Shown here: positions 39,849 to 49,267 of the stretch, in pieces
Layout: each line of letters opens with the position of its first letter
How positions within the stretch are numbered: the first letter of the stretch is position 1
Assembly (NCBI GenBank): GCA_029838195.1
Contig: JALGVJ010000004.1
Location: 96,001-160,000 of the forward strand
Length of the DNA: 64,000 bases
Direction: 5' to 3'
Origin: Promethearchaeota archaeon
GTDB taxonomy: Archaea > Asgardarchaeota > Lokiarchaeia > Sigyniarchaeales > SOKP01
Made by a program: the position numbers and the translations under genes
The notes under the pieces: model-generated
What the model was told of the DNA's origin: nothing
What the model saw: only the letters and a program-made list of their open reading frames with translations
Databases searched by the model: none

Positions 39849-41096
39849 TTATTTTTTCACGATTCTCCTAACGACAGCATATAATTCCATCAAGATTAAC
39901 CCTTGGTAATACGTTATGGAGTCAAAATATCCTTCTCCTGATTGAATGCCCCCATATTCTAATGCTAATTGAGCATTTAACGCCGCCTTCATCATTAAAT
40001 CTAGTCCTTTGTAGATCAAATTCGGGCTAAATAGTCCGTGTAAAGGATTAGCCCACCACATGGGACATGAATGAAGGCTTCGATCATGAAAGTATCGCGC
40101 CGTAATATAATAATTTTTCATCTCATTCTCAGAGGGATTAGAGCATGATTTATCCGCCAAGAACATCAAGTTATTTAGACTACGCATAGCTTTCCAATAA
40201 AAATAATGAATTTTATTATCAGGATGGTTCCAAAGAGGAAACGGTATTTTTTTTTTAAGATCTTCCTGGGTCGTACTCCAACTTGATTCTCTAGGAACTA
40301 TATTTTCTTGCGGATTTTTCTTGAAAAGTTGAATCAATTCGCTAATTGTGACAAGTTGGATGCTCTTATTTTCGGAAATCAATTCGAGGAGGGTTTTCAA
40401 AAACAATTTTTCATAATTTTTAATGTGATGTCCAAAAGTCTCCATATCTACAGCGATAATGGAATAATTATCATGGAGATTTGAATTCACGAGTTCTTCA
40501 TAAAAATCTTTTGCAGATACGTGATTAAAAGCGATTCGATTACTCAAGATATCATCCCGAAAAAGAACGTGGAAATCGTTATCATATAAGCAAATGTAAT
40601 CTTTAGGCCACTTCAATTTTGATTTGTTTTCATCCATCGGAAAGGCAATCCCGCTACAAATGATCCATTTATAATTTAATTTCTGAATAATTTTCAAGAG
40701 AGAGGGAGAAATTGCCATTTCAGGGGGAAAAAAACCTCTTTTTTTCCAATACTTTCCAAATACTTTTTCATTTAATTGCTCATTTAAATGAATCTGTCGG
40801 AGAACTTCTCGTTCGGGAATTAAGGGTAAAATGGGATGATATTTTGCTGTTCCCAAAAGTTCTATTTTATTAGAAATAAGAAGCTTTTTTAAAAGTTCAA
40901 TTGGTTCTAATAGGCCGTGTTCTTCTAATAAGTCTATTAATACGCCATTCACATTCAAGTTGAATCGAGAAAAATCAAATTCTTCCATTAATTTCAAGAT
41001 AGGAATGTAGCTTTCTTGATTAATTTTCTTGAGAATTTCTACATCTTGAGTAGGGGGTTGATACGCATGTAAAAGAAAGGCAATAAAGGTTGTCAT
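39849..41096 (-). CDS. Glycoside hydrolase family 57
   Basis: HAYQP, ESYIP, YHPILPL, FFPPEMA, VDMETFGHH, SSWS. Confidence 0.9.
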   Translation of the reverse strand: MTTFIAFLLHAYQPPTQDVEILKKINQESYIPILKLMEEFDFSRFNLNVNGVLIDLLEEHGLLEPIELLKKLLISNKIELLGTAKYHPILPLIPEREVLRQIHLNEQLNEKVFGKYWKKRGFFPPEMAISPSLLKIIQKLNYKWIICSGIAFPMDENKSKLKWPKDYICLYDNDFHVLFRDDILSNRIAFNHVSAKDFYEELVNSNLHDNYSIIAVDMETFGHHIKNYEKLFLKTLLELISENKSIQLVTISELIQLFKKNPQENIVPRESSWSTTQEDLKKKIPFPLWNHPDNKIHYFYWKAMRSLNNLMFLADKSCSNPSENEMKNYYITARYFHDRSLHSCPMWWANPLHGLFSPNLIYKGLDLMMKAALNAQLALEYGGIQSGEGYFDSITYYQGLILMELYAVVRRIVKK

Positions 41097-41232
41097 GAGT
41101 TATTTTTCAAGATTAATTCCTATTAAAAAAAAATACCGAGTTAATAAAAAAAAGATCTCATCTCAAAAAATATTAATGATAATAAAGAGTTCATGAAAAT
41201 GGGACTCCTAAAAGAAAAAGAATCTAATAATT

Positions 41233-42345
41233 TTATCTTTCAATTATTGTTTCTTTAATGGCTGTTCCAAAATGAGTAGCTCCTGGTCCCACGTGAGCTA
41301 AAACTTCATCTCCGATCTTTATATCCACCACGGATTTGGCTTTGCCTCCAGGAATTACAAATCGAATGGTCTCTGCATTCTGACAAGTGCAACTAATCGG
41401 GACTTTTTGCTCTCCCTTAGTTGCTTCAAATTCAAATCTCAACATGGGCCGAGTTTCAATTTTAATTCTTCCAACTGAAACGATACGAACGTGCCCTTCA
41501 TGATTCACGGCTAAGACTTGTTTTCCTCCCTTCAATTCGCTTAAATAACTGGTGCGATAGGGTTTATCAGGCTCGTCACTGGGAACTAGAATGTAGGCAG
41601 AAACATCCCCCGCATTAACTCGAAATGGTCTTGAGGCCACGAATTTAGTATCAAAAGTTTCTGAATGGATTAAGCAAAATCCTGCTGCAGTGGATCCAAC
41701 TAGGAAACCTTCTCCAAAATGAAGTAAAGAAGTGGTATCTACACAGACGCGATCTGCTTCTGGAATGTTTTCAATTTTCATAACTCGTGCCTTTGTTAGT
41801 TCAATAGTGAATTCTCCTTGCGTTAATTTTTTTAATTCAATTAAATCATTAGGATGGCGGGGTTCCATGAGCACGCCATCCACCCCTCGTTCTAACGTTT
41901 TCAACATTAATTCTGCCTCTTTCACGTTCTCAACCTCTGCTATAAGTTCTGTTTCATCTAATTGCATTTCAGCAATGAGATTCTCAAATGGGATCACTTT
42001 CCAATCTTTAGCGCTAACAATAATGAAATCAATGCTTGAGTTTCTTGAGATTTCTACGATTTCTCTCTCATCTTCTTTAGATTTTAACACCATATAAAAA
42101 CCAATTTTTTTGTTACTCTCTACGGATTTCCTTATTTCTTCAATTTCTTGTTTATCAGTCAGAATCACGTGAGTTGAAGACACGTCTTTATCTTTCGAAT
42201 AGGTAGTAAGGCGCTCGATGGCTTCAAATTCGGGCCATGTATCTCGAGAAATTAAGAAATTCAACAAATCCTTATTAAACGCTTGTTGTACTAATTCTTT
42301 AAAATTCGCCTTTTTTTTCTCAAAATTCAAGATAATTTTTTTCAT
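41233..42345 (-). CDS. 3-dehydroquinate synthase II
   Basis: DWKVIPFENLIA, LERGVDGV, DRVCVDT, RPFRVNAG, YLSEL, VGRIKIETRP, QNAETIR, HFG.AIKETIIE. Confidence 0.95.
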   Translation of the reverse strand: MKKIILNFEKKKANFKELVQQAFNKDLLNFLISRDTWPEFEAIERLTTYSKDKDVSSTHVILTDKQEIEEIRKSVESNKKIGFYMVLKSKEDEREIVEISRNSSIDFIIVSAKDWKVIPFENLIAEMQLDETELIAEVENVKEAELMLKTLERGVDGVLMEPRHPNDLIELKKLTQGEFTIELTKARVMKIENIPEADRVCVDTTSLLHFGEGFLVGSTAAGFCLIHSETFDTKFVASRPFRVNAGDVSAYILVPSDEPDKPYRTSYLSELKGGKQVLAVNHEGHVRIVSVGRIKIETRPMLRFEFEATKGEQKVPISCTCQNAETIRFVIPGGKAKSVVDIKIGDEVLAHVGPGATHFGTAIKETIIER

Positions 42346-42506
42346 AATAGTGAAAATTGGACTAGTTAAAGTTTATTATATTTTATTTTCATTTCTTTAT
42401 TATTAGAGAATAGCATATAATCAACAATAAATATATAAGATTGAAATACATTTATTGAAATAAATTTTAATAATTATTTTTTAATTACAATTCGAACCAA
42501 ATCATC

Positions 42507-43157
42507 ATGGGAATTAAAAAAAAGCTTTTTCCCCGTAAAGCAAAAGAAAAGGATTCACTTGTCGCAAAGGCAAAATCCCATATTCATAGAATGGAATTAG
42601 CATCTCGAAATTTCCAAAAACGAGCCGAGATCAGCCGCCAAAATGCAAAAATTGCATTAAAGCGGGGTGAAAAAGAACGGGCGAAAGCATATTTAATCCA
42701 ATACAAGAACTATCAGAAAAAAATTGACCGCATGAATAATATTCGCACTAAAATAGAGAATTCCCTGCATGCAATCGAAGAAGGGCAAATGATTTCACAA
42801 ACCGGCGATCTTTTTGGTGGAATACGCGATACGTTAAAAGAAATCACAATAAAAGCTTCTCCTGAAAGAGTAGCCGAAATCGCCGAAGATTCTGAACAAT
42901 ATATAGCAGAAATAGAAGAATCAGCGGAAATTTTGGGAGGAGATTTAGAAGTTGACCTGGGAATTAGCGTGGATGATGAGCTAAATGAATTAGAGACTGA
43001 AATCCTTCTTGATCAAAGTGGCGAAATGCCTTCGGCCCCCTCGGAAGAGTTGAAATATATTCCGGAATATGGAACGGAACTAGAAGATACGGAAATGGAT
43101 ACAAAAGAAAAGCTTCAGAGTGAAATAGAAAAGCTTAGGAAGGAACTTGAAGGATAA
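42507..43157 (+). CDS. ESCRT-III protein, Snf7 family (Vps20/32/60-like)
   Basis: Basic helical N-half (AKIALKRGEKERAKAYLIQYKNYQKKID), acidic C-half (VDDELNELE), Pro motif MPSAP, terminal helix LQSEIEKLRKEL. Confidence 0.87.
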   Translation: MGIKKKLFPRKAKEKDSLVAKAKSHIHRMELASRNFQKRAEISRQNAKIALKRGEKERAKAYLIQYKNYQKKIDRMNNIRTKIENSLHAIEEGQMISQTGDLFGGIRDTLKEITIKASPERVAEIAEDSEQYIAEIEESAEILGGDLEVDLGISVDDELNELETEILLDQSGEMPSAPSEELKYIPEYGTELEDTEMDTKEKLQSEIEKLRKELEG

Positions 43158-43223
43158 TTGAGAAAAATAATTCATTTTCATATCGTTTTTTATAAACAAA
43201 AGAGAGAATTTTTCCCGCGCGAA

Positions 43224-44249
43224 CTACTTTACTTCTTTTAAGGCTTGAACCATGGAATTTAATTTTGCTATCGTTATTTTATAAGCAATCTCTTCATTAT
43301 CAAAGGCTTTTCGTAAAGCTCCAAATCCACAATCTGGTTTAATGATGAGATTTTCTTTTCCATAAAGATCAAATCCTTTTTTTATAAAAGATTTCAAAAA
43401 ATCCATGTCTTCAATGTAATCATCGATTTTTCCTCCTGGAATGGGGCTAATACTGGTTTGGATGGTGCCCATGGCTAAATATTTTCCATGCGCTTCGAGA
43501 TCTTTTTTTTGAAACACGTTAAAATTTTTAGGATTTGTTCTAAATTCGTGATCCATGATCTTAACATCCGTTTGAAGGAGCAAATTATATAATTTAGGAC
43601 TTATTCTTCCACAAACGTGAATTGAGGGAAGGTCTTTAATGCCTGATAAAGCCCGATTTAACATTTCAATAACAAACTCTTCAGAATGAAACCAAATTTT
43701 ATTTCCAACCAAGAGGCTTAATATGGGTTCATCCATAGAGATGATGTTAATTCCAAAATCACTATATGCTTTAGCTACATCTTTCATGTAATCTGCAAAT
43801 TTTTGAACGACCCAATCCACCATAATTCCTCTTGGTTCTTTAAAGATTATGGGTTTAAATCCCTTAGAAAGGGGCTCTCTTAACAGAATTTCACTAGCCA
43901 ATGTAAAAGGGCCTGTTAAGCAGGCTTTAGTTCCTTGAATTGCTTGTTCTTCGTCCGGATGGTTTTTCAGAAATTCAACAATGAAATTTCCATATTTTAA
44001 AGCCACCAACTGATCAGGTATTTTAAATTCACCAGAAAGGTAAAAGGTATCATTAATTTCTTCCAATTCAGGGATTAACCGGGAAAGCGGAGTTAAAAAT
44101 TGAGGGTTCATAGCAACCAGTTGAGGATAACAGGGATAGTCAATTCCAATATTAATTTGGTCGTGAAATGCCCTTTCCATGTTTTCCTTTGTATTAGAGA
44201 GTGGAAACGAGCCTACGACCGTTGTAAATGGTACTATTGGTTTATTCAT
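43224..44249 (-). CDS. Cobalamin-independent methionine synthase catalytic-domain protein (MetE C-terminal type)
   Basis: TTVVGSFP, KACLTGPFTLA, ISMDEP, Zn ligands HVCG, HEF, KPDCGFG. Confidence 0.85.
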   Translation of the reverse strand: MNKPIVPFTTVVGSFPLSNTKENMERAFHDQINIGIDYPCYPQLVAMNPQFLTPLSRLIPELEEINDTFYLSGEFKIPDQLVALKYGNFIVEFLKNHPDEEQAIQGTKACLTGPFTLASEILLREPLSKGFKPIIFKEPRGIMVDWVVQKFADYMKDVAKAYSDFGINIISMDEPILSLLVGNKIWFHSEEFVIEMLNRALSGIKDLPSIHVCGRISPKLYNLLLQTDVKIMDHEFRTNPKNFNVFQKKDLEAHGKYLAMGTIQTSISPIPGGKIDDYIEDMDFLKSFIKKGFDLYGKENLIIKPDCGFGALRKAFDNEEIAYKITIAKLNSMVQALKEVK

Positions 44250-44361
44250 GTATAACTATAATGTTTATTATAATTTAAATTAAAGTGTGGATTCATGCGT
44301 AAATGAAATAAAAAAAAAGAAATGAAGAGGAAAAAAGCAATTTAAAGAAGGACCGCTATAA

Positions 44362-46377
44362 TTAAAATTGCATCCCTTCTGAGTAGTTTGTTCTAAAATT
44401 TATTCTTCTATTTCGTTCAATAGCTTCTTTTACGGTAATGATTTCATCTTCTAAAGAAAAAATTTCTTCTTGTAAGCTCCTGTACGTCTTAAAATAATCT
44501 TGCTTGCTAAGGCTTCCTTGATCAAATTTATTTGATAATTCTTTAAGAGTTTCTCTTAATGCATATTCCTTTTTTCTCAATTCATGTAATTTTTTCACGT
44601 GTTCCATGGAACTTCTATTAAATTTTCTGACGAATGTTGATGAAGCTTCTTTTGGAGAATATTCTGGGGTAAAATATTCAGATAAATGATTTTTGCGCAA
44701 GTCTTGATAAAACGGCCCGCATTTTTCACGTTCCTGGAAAATATTTTCGGGGTTATTTTTAACATTATAATCTCTAAATTCTTGAGCATTAATATCCGGG
44801 TTGATGAAATCTTCTCTGTAAAATTCATTTGAACGAGAATAAGGAGACATGTTTTCTTGATTTCTTTTTAATTTATTTATTAGATCCTTTTTCCTCGCGA
44901 ATTCCTTATTTCTTGTCCATTTCCATGCGGGAGGGACGTAAAAATCACTATCCCACATCCATGGATCTTGTTTTTGGTTTTCGCTAGCAAATTCGGATTT
45001 CAGAGCCTCTTCTCCGGGAATTGATTCAAAATTATTTTGATAATCATTGCATGTAAAATATCTATCCCGATGAGAAATCCTCTCATTTCCAAATCCTGCC
45101 TTTTTATTAAAGAAACTATTCTTTTTAATCAGATCCTTATTATATCCATGAGCAGAATTGTTTATTTTTTCATTAAATTTGCACTTCCTGTTATAAAAAG
45201 TATTAATTGCATTTTCAATGAAATGGGAAAGGTTATTCAAGGATATGGTTATAGAATCTAATTTTTTTACCGATTCAAGATTTCTTAAAACAGTTTCATC
45301 GAACGCCCTTGCTAAAAGAATATATTCTATCACTCGTGAGACGGATTTGGGAGGAAGTGCAAATTCATAAGTTCCATAACTAAATTCTAAATAAAGTTTT
45401 TTAAAAAAAAGCCCTTTTTCTCGAATTCGATTTATATCATTTACGGGTACTTTTATGATTAATTCTTGTTTCTTTTTTATAATGCCATATTCATGAATAA
45501 ACGATAAATCATAATTAGTAATAAATAGCATGCCTCTTTTTTTATTAAAAATATCCTGCCCATTATTATTACCATTTACTAATTTTGCGGGGATTGCATA
45601 CACGGCCTTTTCATTTTCCGCTAAACTTAAAAATCGTTTATAAGCTGAAAAATATTTCTTGATTTTTTCAATAAATTGTAGCTTTTTTTCATGGGAATTA
45701 ATTCCTTCAATTATCGGAGGTATGGTTGTTTCCATGTATTCTTGAATAGAATGAAAACTTCGAGATAGATTCTCTAATATTCCTTCTATAATTTTTATAT
45801 TAGAGTTTGGCTGAGCATAGATATTGAAAAAGAATTCTTCATTTACCGATAAATGATGAAAATGAATTCTTAATTTTTCAACTACATCGTTTTTTAATCT
45901 ACTAAATGCTTGATAAAGAGAAATCAGTTCTGTTTCCATGTTCGGAAAATGATAACACTTAATAGGAGGAGCTCGTGCTTCTTTAATTTTTTGTTTTACT
46001 AAAGTCCATTTTTCTAAAACTTCTCTAAGCGGAGGAAGAAGTTCCCTGCTACGAGTGATTAATTCCAAGAATTTCTGTTCTAAACTGTCTTTTTTTTCAA
46101 AAAGATTAATAATATTCATGGAATGACATTTCGGACAAGATTTTTCTACCCGGCTGATTTTAAGTAGTTTCTCACTATGACATTCCTTACAAACCTTCTT
46201 ACCATCAATATTTTCGGGTTCCATGGTAATAGCATTACATTCTTGACAAGTAAAAAAATCCTTACGCTCTTCCTGTAAACACTCCGAGCAGAAACTTGAT
46301 CCGCATTCTTCGCAATAGTGCGTTTCTTTTACTTGTTTCTGACAGAATCTACACGTGGAGGAGATTTTTTCAGCCAT
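44362..46377 (-). CDS. Multidomain protein: six CxxC zinc fingers (FYVE/B-box-like), coiled coil, PH-like domain, low-complexity linker, C-terminal steadiness-box-like hairpin
   Basis: CRFC..HYCEECGSSFCSEC..CQEC..CKEC..CPKC; RGMLFITNYDLSF..VPVNDI..KGLFFKKLYL; ALRETLKELSNKFDQGSLSKQDYFKTYRSLQEEIF. ORF is solid; domain names are inferred. Confidence 0.65.
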   Translation of the reverse strand: MAEKISSTCRFCQKQVKETHYCEECGSSFCSECLQEERKDFFTCQECNAITMEPENIDGKKVCKECHSEKLLKISRVEKSCPKCHSMNIINLFEKKDSLEQKFLELITRSRELLPPLREVLEKWTLVKQKIKEARAPPIKCYHFPNMETELISLYQAFSRLKNDVVEKLRIHFHHLSVNEEFFFNIYAQPNSNIKIIEGILENLSRSFHSIQEYMETTIPPIIEGINSHEKKLQFIEKIKKYFSAYKRFLSLAENEKAVYAIPAKLVNGNNNGQDIFNKKRGMLFITNYDLSFIHEYGIIKKKQELIIKVPVNDINRIREKGLFFKKLYLEFSYGTYEFALPPKSVSRVIEYILLARAFDETVLRNLESVKKLDSITISLNNLSHFIENAINTFYNRKCKFNEKINNSAHGYNKDLIKKNSFFNKKAGFGNERISHRDRYFTCNDYQNNFESIPGEEALKSEFASENQKQDPWMWDSDFYVPPAWKWTRNKEFARKKDLINKLKRNQENMSPYSRSNEFYREDFINPDINAQEFRDYNVKNNPENIFQEREKCGPFYQDLRKNHLSEYFTPEYSPKEASSTFVRKFNRSSMEHVKKLHELRKKEYALRETLKELSNKFDQGSLSKQDYFKTYRSLQEEIFSLEDEIITVKEAIERNRRINFRTNYSEGMQF

Positions 46378-46691
46378 ATTTTTACACTTTTTTGAACACT
46401 CAAAAATTCATAAAAAATTAAAGACAGCTATATCAAAAAATTAGAATCAACTCTCTTTAATATTAATAATACATGTATATCATCAGAGAGATATTCCCCT
46501 TCGAAAATAACCAGGATGAATTTAAGAAGTTTATACTCCAACTTCTAATTTTTAATAACTCATAGCAGATATCTAAACCTCTGGGAATTCTAAACATTCA
46601 TTTTTCATGCTACATTTTGTCAAATAGGAGTTATTAATTATTCTTTAAAAAAATACATCAATAAAACAGCTTCTAATTGCTCATTAAGATA

Positions 46692-47264
46692 ATGACAATT
46701 ATTGACATGCACGTTCATTTGAGCTCACGCTCTCCTTGTTCAAATCTATCCAGCACGCAATTATTTAATTCGTTATCTCATAAAATTGATGGAATTTGCA
46801 TTACTGATCATGGCATTTTAAGTCCTATAAGAAATTTTCACGGCGAGGGTTTATTAATTTTTTATGGTGTAGAAATCACATGTTTTGAGGGAGATTTATT
46901 GGCATATGGAATTAAATTTCTGCCTCAATCTAAAAAAGCGGACCATGTCATTAACCACATACATGAAAATGGAGGCATAGCAATCTGTGCTCATCCGTAT
47001 TCAGCCCGTCATAACGCATTTGAGGATGATGTGTTTAATCATGATTTTGATGCCATTGAACTTAATGGAGGAATTAAAAAGCATGAAAATGAATTAGCAC
47101 GAAAGGCGGCTAAAATCATGGATCTTCCTTTAATTGGGGGAAGTGATGCTCATTTTCCCCATCAATTAAACACGTATGCAACGTTCTTTGATAAAAAGAT
47201 TTTAGGCCTTGGAGATTTGGTACGGGAAATAAAAGCAAAAAGATGCAGGCCCGTGAGAATTTGA
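46692..47264 (+). CDS. PHP-domain phosphoesterase
   Basis: DMHVH, ITDH, GVEIT, AHPY, GGSDAH; ATG at 46692. Confidence 0.92.
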   Translation: MTIIDMHVHLSSRSPCSNLSSTQLFNSLSHKIDGICITDHGILSPIRNFHGEGLLIFYGVEITCFEGDLLAYGIKFLPQSKKADHVINHIHENGGIAICAHPYSARHNAFEDDVFNHDFDAIELNGGIKKHENELARKAAKIMDLPLIGGSDAHFPHQLNTYATFFDKKILGLGDLVREIKAKRCRPVRI

Positions 47265-47297
47265 GATTTTTAGAAAATACGAGCCCCTAAGAAAAAG

Positions 47298-47591
47298 TCA
47301 TTTAATGATCTTAATTTTTTGTCCAATCGCTTGCCCGGGCAATCCTGCCTTTTTAAAAAGTGCTCTCACGGCACCATTATTGCCATGAGCCCGAGTAATA
47401 ACGCCTTTCAATTCTTTTCCCGTCGGACTCTTCCACATGACAGTTCTTCCAATTAACTTTTTAGCTTCTTTTCTCGTCGTGATCTTGGGAAAAACTAAAA
47501 TATTCTGCTTGAGCTTTACGGTATGCCTGCCACGTCGATAATTTGATATGTATCCTTCCATTCCCAGCAATTCTAATTTGTTCAAAGGCAT
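47298..47591 (-). CDS. rpl35ae: 50S ribosomal protein L35Ae (eL33)
   Basis: YRRGRHT, LIGRTVMWK, GVITRAHGNNGAVRALF..LPGQAIG. Confidence 0.94.
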   Translation of the reverse strand: MPLNKLELLGMEGYISNYRRGRHTVKLKQNILVFPKITTRKEAKKLIGRTVMWKSPTGKELKGVITRAHGNNGAVRALFKKAGLPGQAIGQKIKIIK

Positions 47592-47797
47592 GAGAGTAAA
47601 TTTTTCGAGCTTGTTAATTATTAAAATTATATTCTCAGAATGAGGAATAGAATTTTTTAAAAGATAAAAAATTTTAGGTTTCCGTGTTTCTTAGCTTATA
47701 TGAAAATATTTATTTTCTAAGATACAATTTTTAATTATCTATTCATGATTCAAGTTTCTGCTGAAGTTAATAACAAGGAAAAATAGGATGCATTCAA

Positions 47798-49195
47798 ATG
47801 GAACAAAAAAGAATTGACCAACAATCATTAATGTTTCCGATCAATAGTAAAGAAATAAAGGAAGCTGCGCAATTTCTCTCTGATTTGATCAAAATCAATA
47901 CTACCAATCCCCCTGGAAATGAAACCGAAGCAGCAGAATTTTGCGCACGTGTTTTAAAAGAAGAAGGATTTGAAGATGTAGAATTAATTGAATCCGCACC
48001 GGGACGCGGAAATTTAATTGTTATTTGGCATGGTACGGATCCTACTGCTAAAAGCCTCTTATTGCTTGCTCATTTGGATGTCGTGCCTGCAGATCCCTCG
48101 AATTGGGAAAAGGATCCCTTTGGAGGCGAGATCGAGGGCGAATATATATGGGGAAGAGGGAGCATGGATATAAAAAACATGGTTGTTGCTGAAGCCATGG
48201 CTTGTATCCTACTGAAGCGTCAAGGATTTCAGCCAAAAGGAACGATTAAATTAGCTTTTACGGCAGATGAAGAAAGAGGTGGGGTCATGGGGGTGGGTTA
48301 TTTAACAGAACATTATTGGGAAAAAATTAATGCCGATTACATCATAAACGAAGGCGGAGGTTTTCTCATCCCTCTTGGAAAGAATCCTAAAGATTACGTG
48401 GTTCAAACTGGGGAAAAAGGCGTCTTTCGAACTACACTTCGGGTTAGAGGAGTGGGAGGGCATGGTTCTTTTCCTATTAAAAAATCTGAAAGCGCCATGT
48501 ATAAAATGGCAAAAATATGCCAAAAAATAATTGAGTATAAATATCCCATAGAAATTACTCCGGCTATAAAGGAACTTGCAGATAAAATCTCATTACCCGG
48601 ATTTTTTAAGAAAATTCTCACTTCTAAACGGTTTCTTCGAATAGGCTTGAAAATAGCCGATAAAAAAATGCCTGTCATGAGTAAAGTCGTGCTCCCCTTC
48701 GTAATGGACGTCCTTAATCCCACCGTATTTAAAGCGAGTGAAAAAGTAAACGTGATCCCCCAGCAAGTAGAGCTCTCATTTGACGCTCGTCTCTTACCCG
48801 GTCATGACAGAGGCACCATTGAAAAGTATTTAAGAAAAGCATTAGGAAAAAAATTATTTAACGAACTTGAAATCATTCCTATTGAACCAAGTCAACCAGC
48901 AACCATGAATTCCACGGAAAATCCTTTTTGGAACACAGTGGAAGAAGTATTGAATGAAATGCATGAAGGTGCTAAAATGGTACCCATGCTAAGTTCGGGT
49001 TCGACGGATTCCAAGTACTTTCGAAGCAAGGGAGGCTATGCTCTCGGTATTTGCCCCATGAAAATAGACCCCAATATATCCTTTGGAGAGATGTTAGAAA
49101 TGGCTCATGGCAAGAATGAAAGGATTTGGATTCCGAACTTGTCATATGGACTTGAATTTTTTTATAGATTAATCAAAAAAATGAATACCTTATAA
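47798..49195 (+). CDS. M20/M25/M40 metallopeptidase / aminoacylase
   Basis: TTNPPGNE, AHLDVVPA, WGRGSMDIK, ADEERGG, NEGGG, HGKNERI. Confidence 0.93.
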   Translation: MEQKRIDQQSLMFPINSKEIKEAAQFLSDLIKINTTNPPGNETEAAEFCARVLKEEGFEDVELIESAPGRGNLIVIWHGTDPTAKSLLLLAHLDVVPADPSNWEKDPFGGEIEGEYIWGRGSMDIKNMVVAEAMACILLKRQGFQPKGTIKLAFTADEERGGVMGVGYLTEHYWEKINADYIINEGGGFLIPLGKNPKDYVVQTGEKGVFRTTLRVRGVGGHGSFPIKKSESAMYKMAKICQKIIEYKYPIEITPAIKELADKISLPGFFKKILTSKRFLRIGLKIADKKMPVMSKVVLPFVMDVLNPTVFKASEKVNVIPQQVELSFDARLLPGHDRGTIEKYLRKALGKKLFNELEIIPIEPSQPATMNSTENPFWNTVEEVLNEMHEGAKMVPMLSSGSTDSKYFRSKGGYALGICPMKIDPNISFGEMLEMAHGKNERIWIPNLSYGLEFFYRLIKKMNTL

Positions 49196-49267
49196 CATTT
49201 ATTTTTCATTGATTAAAAACCTAAATATATTTATACGTGTAGGATTTATTCTTGATGGTGGATTCTC

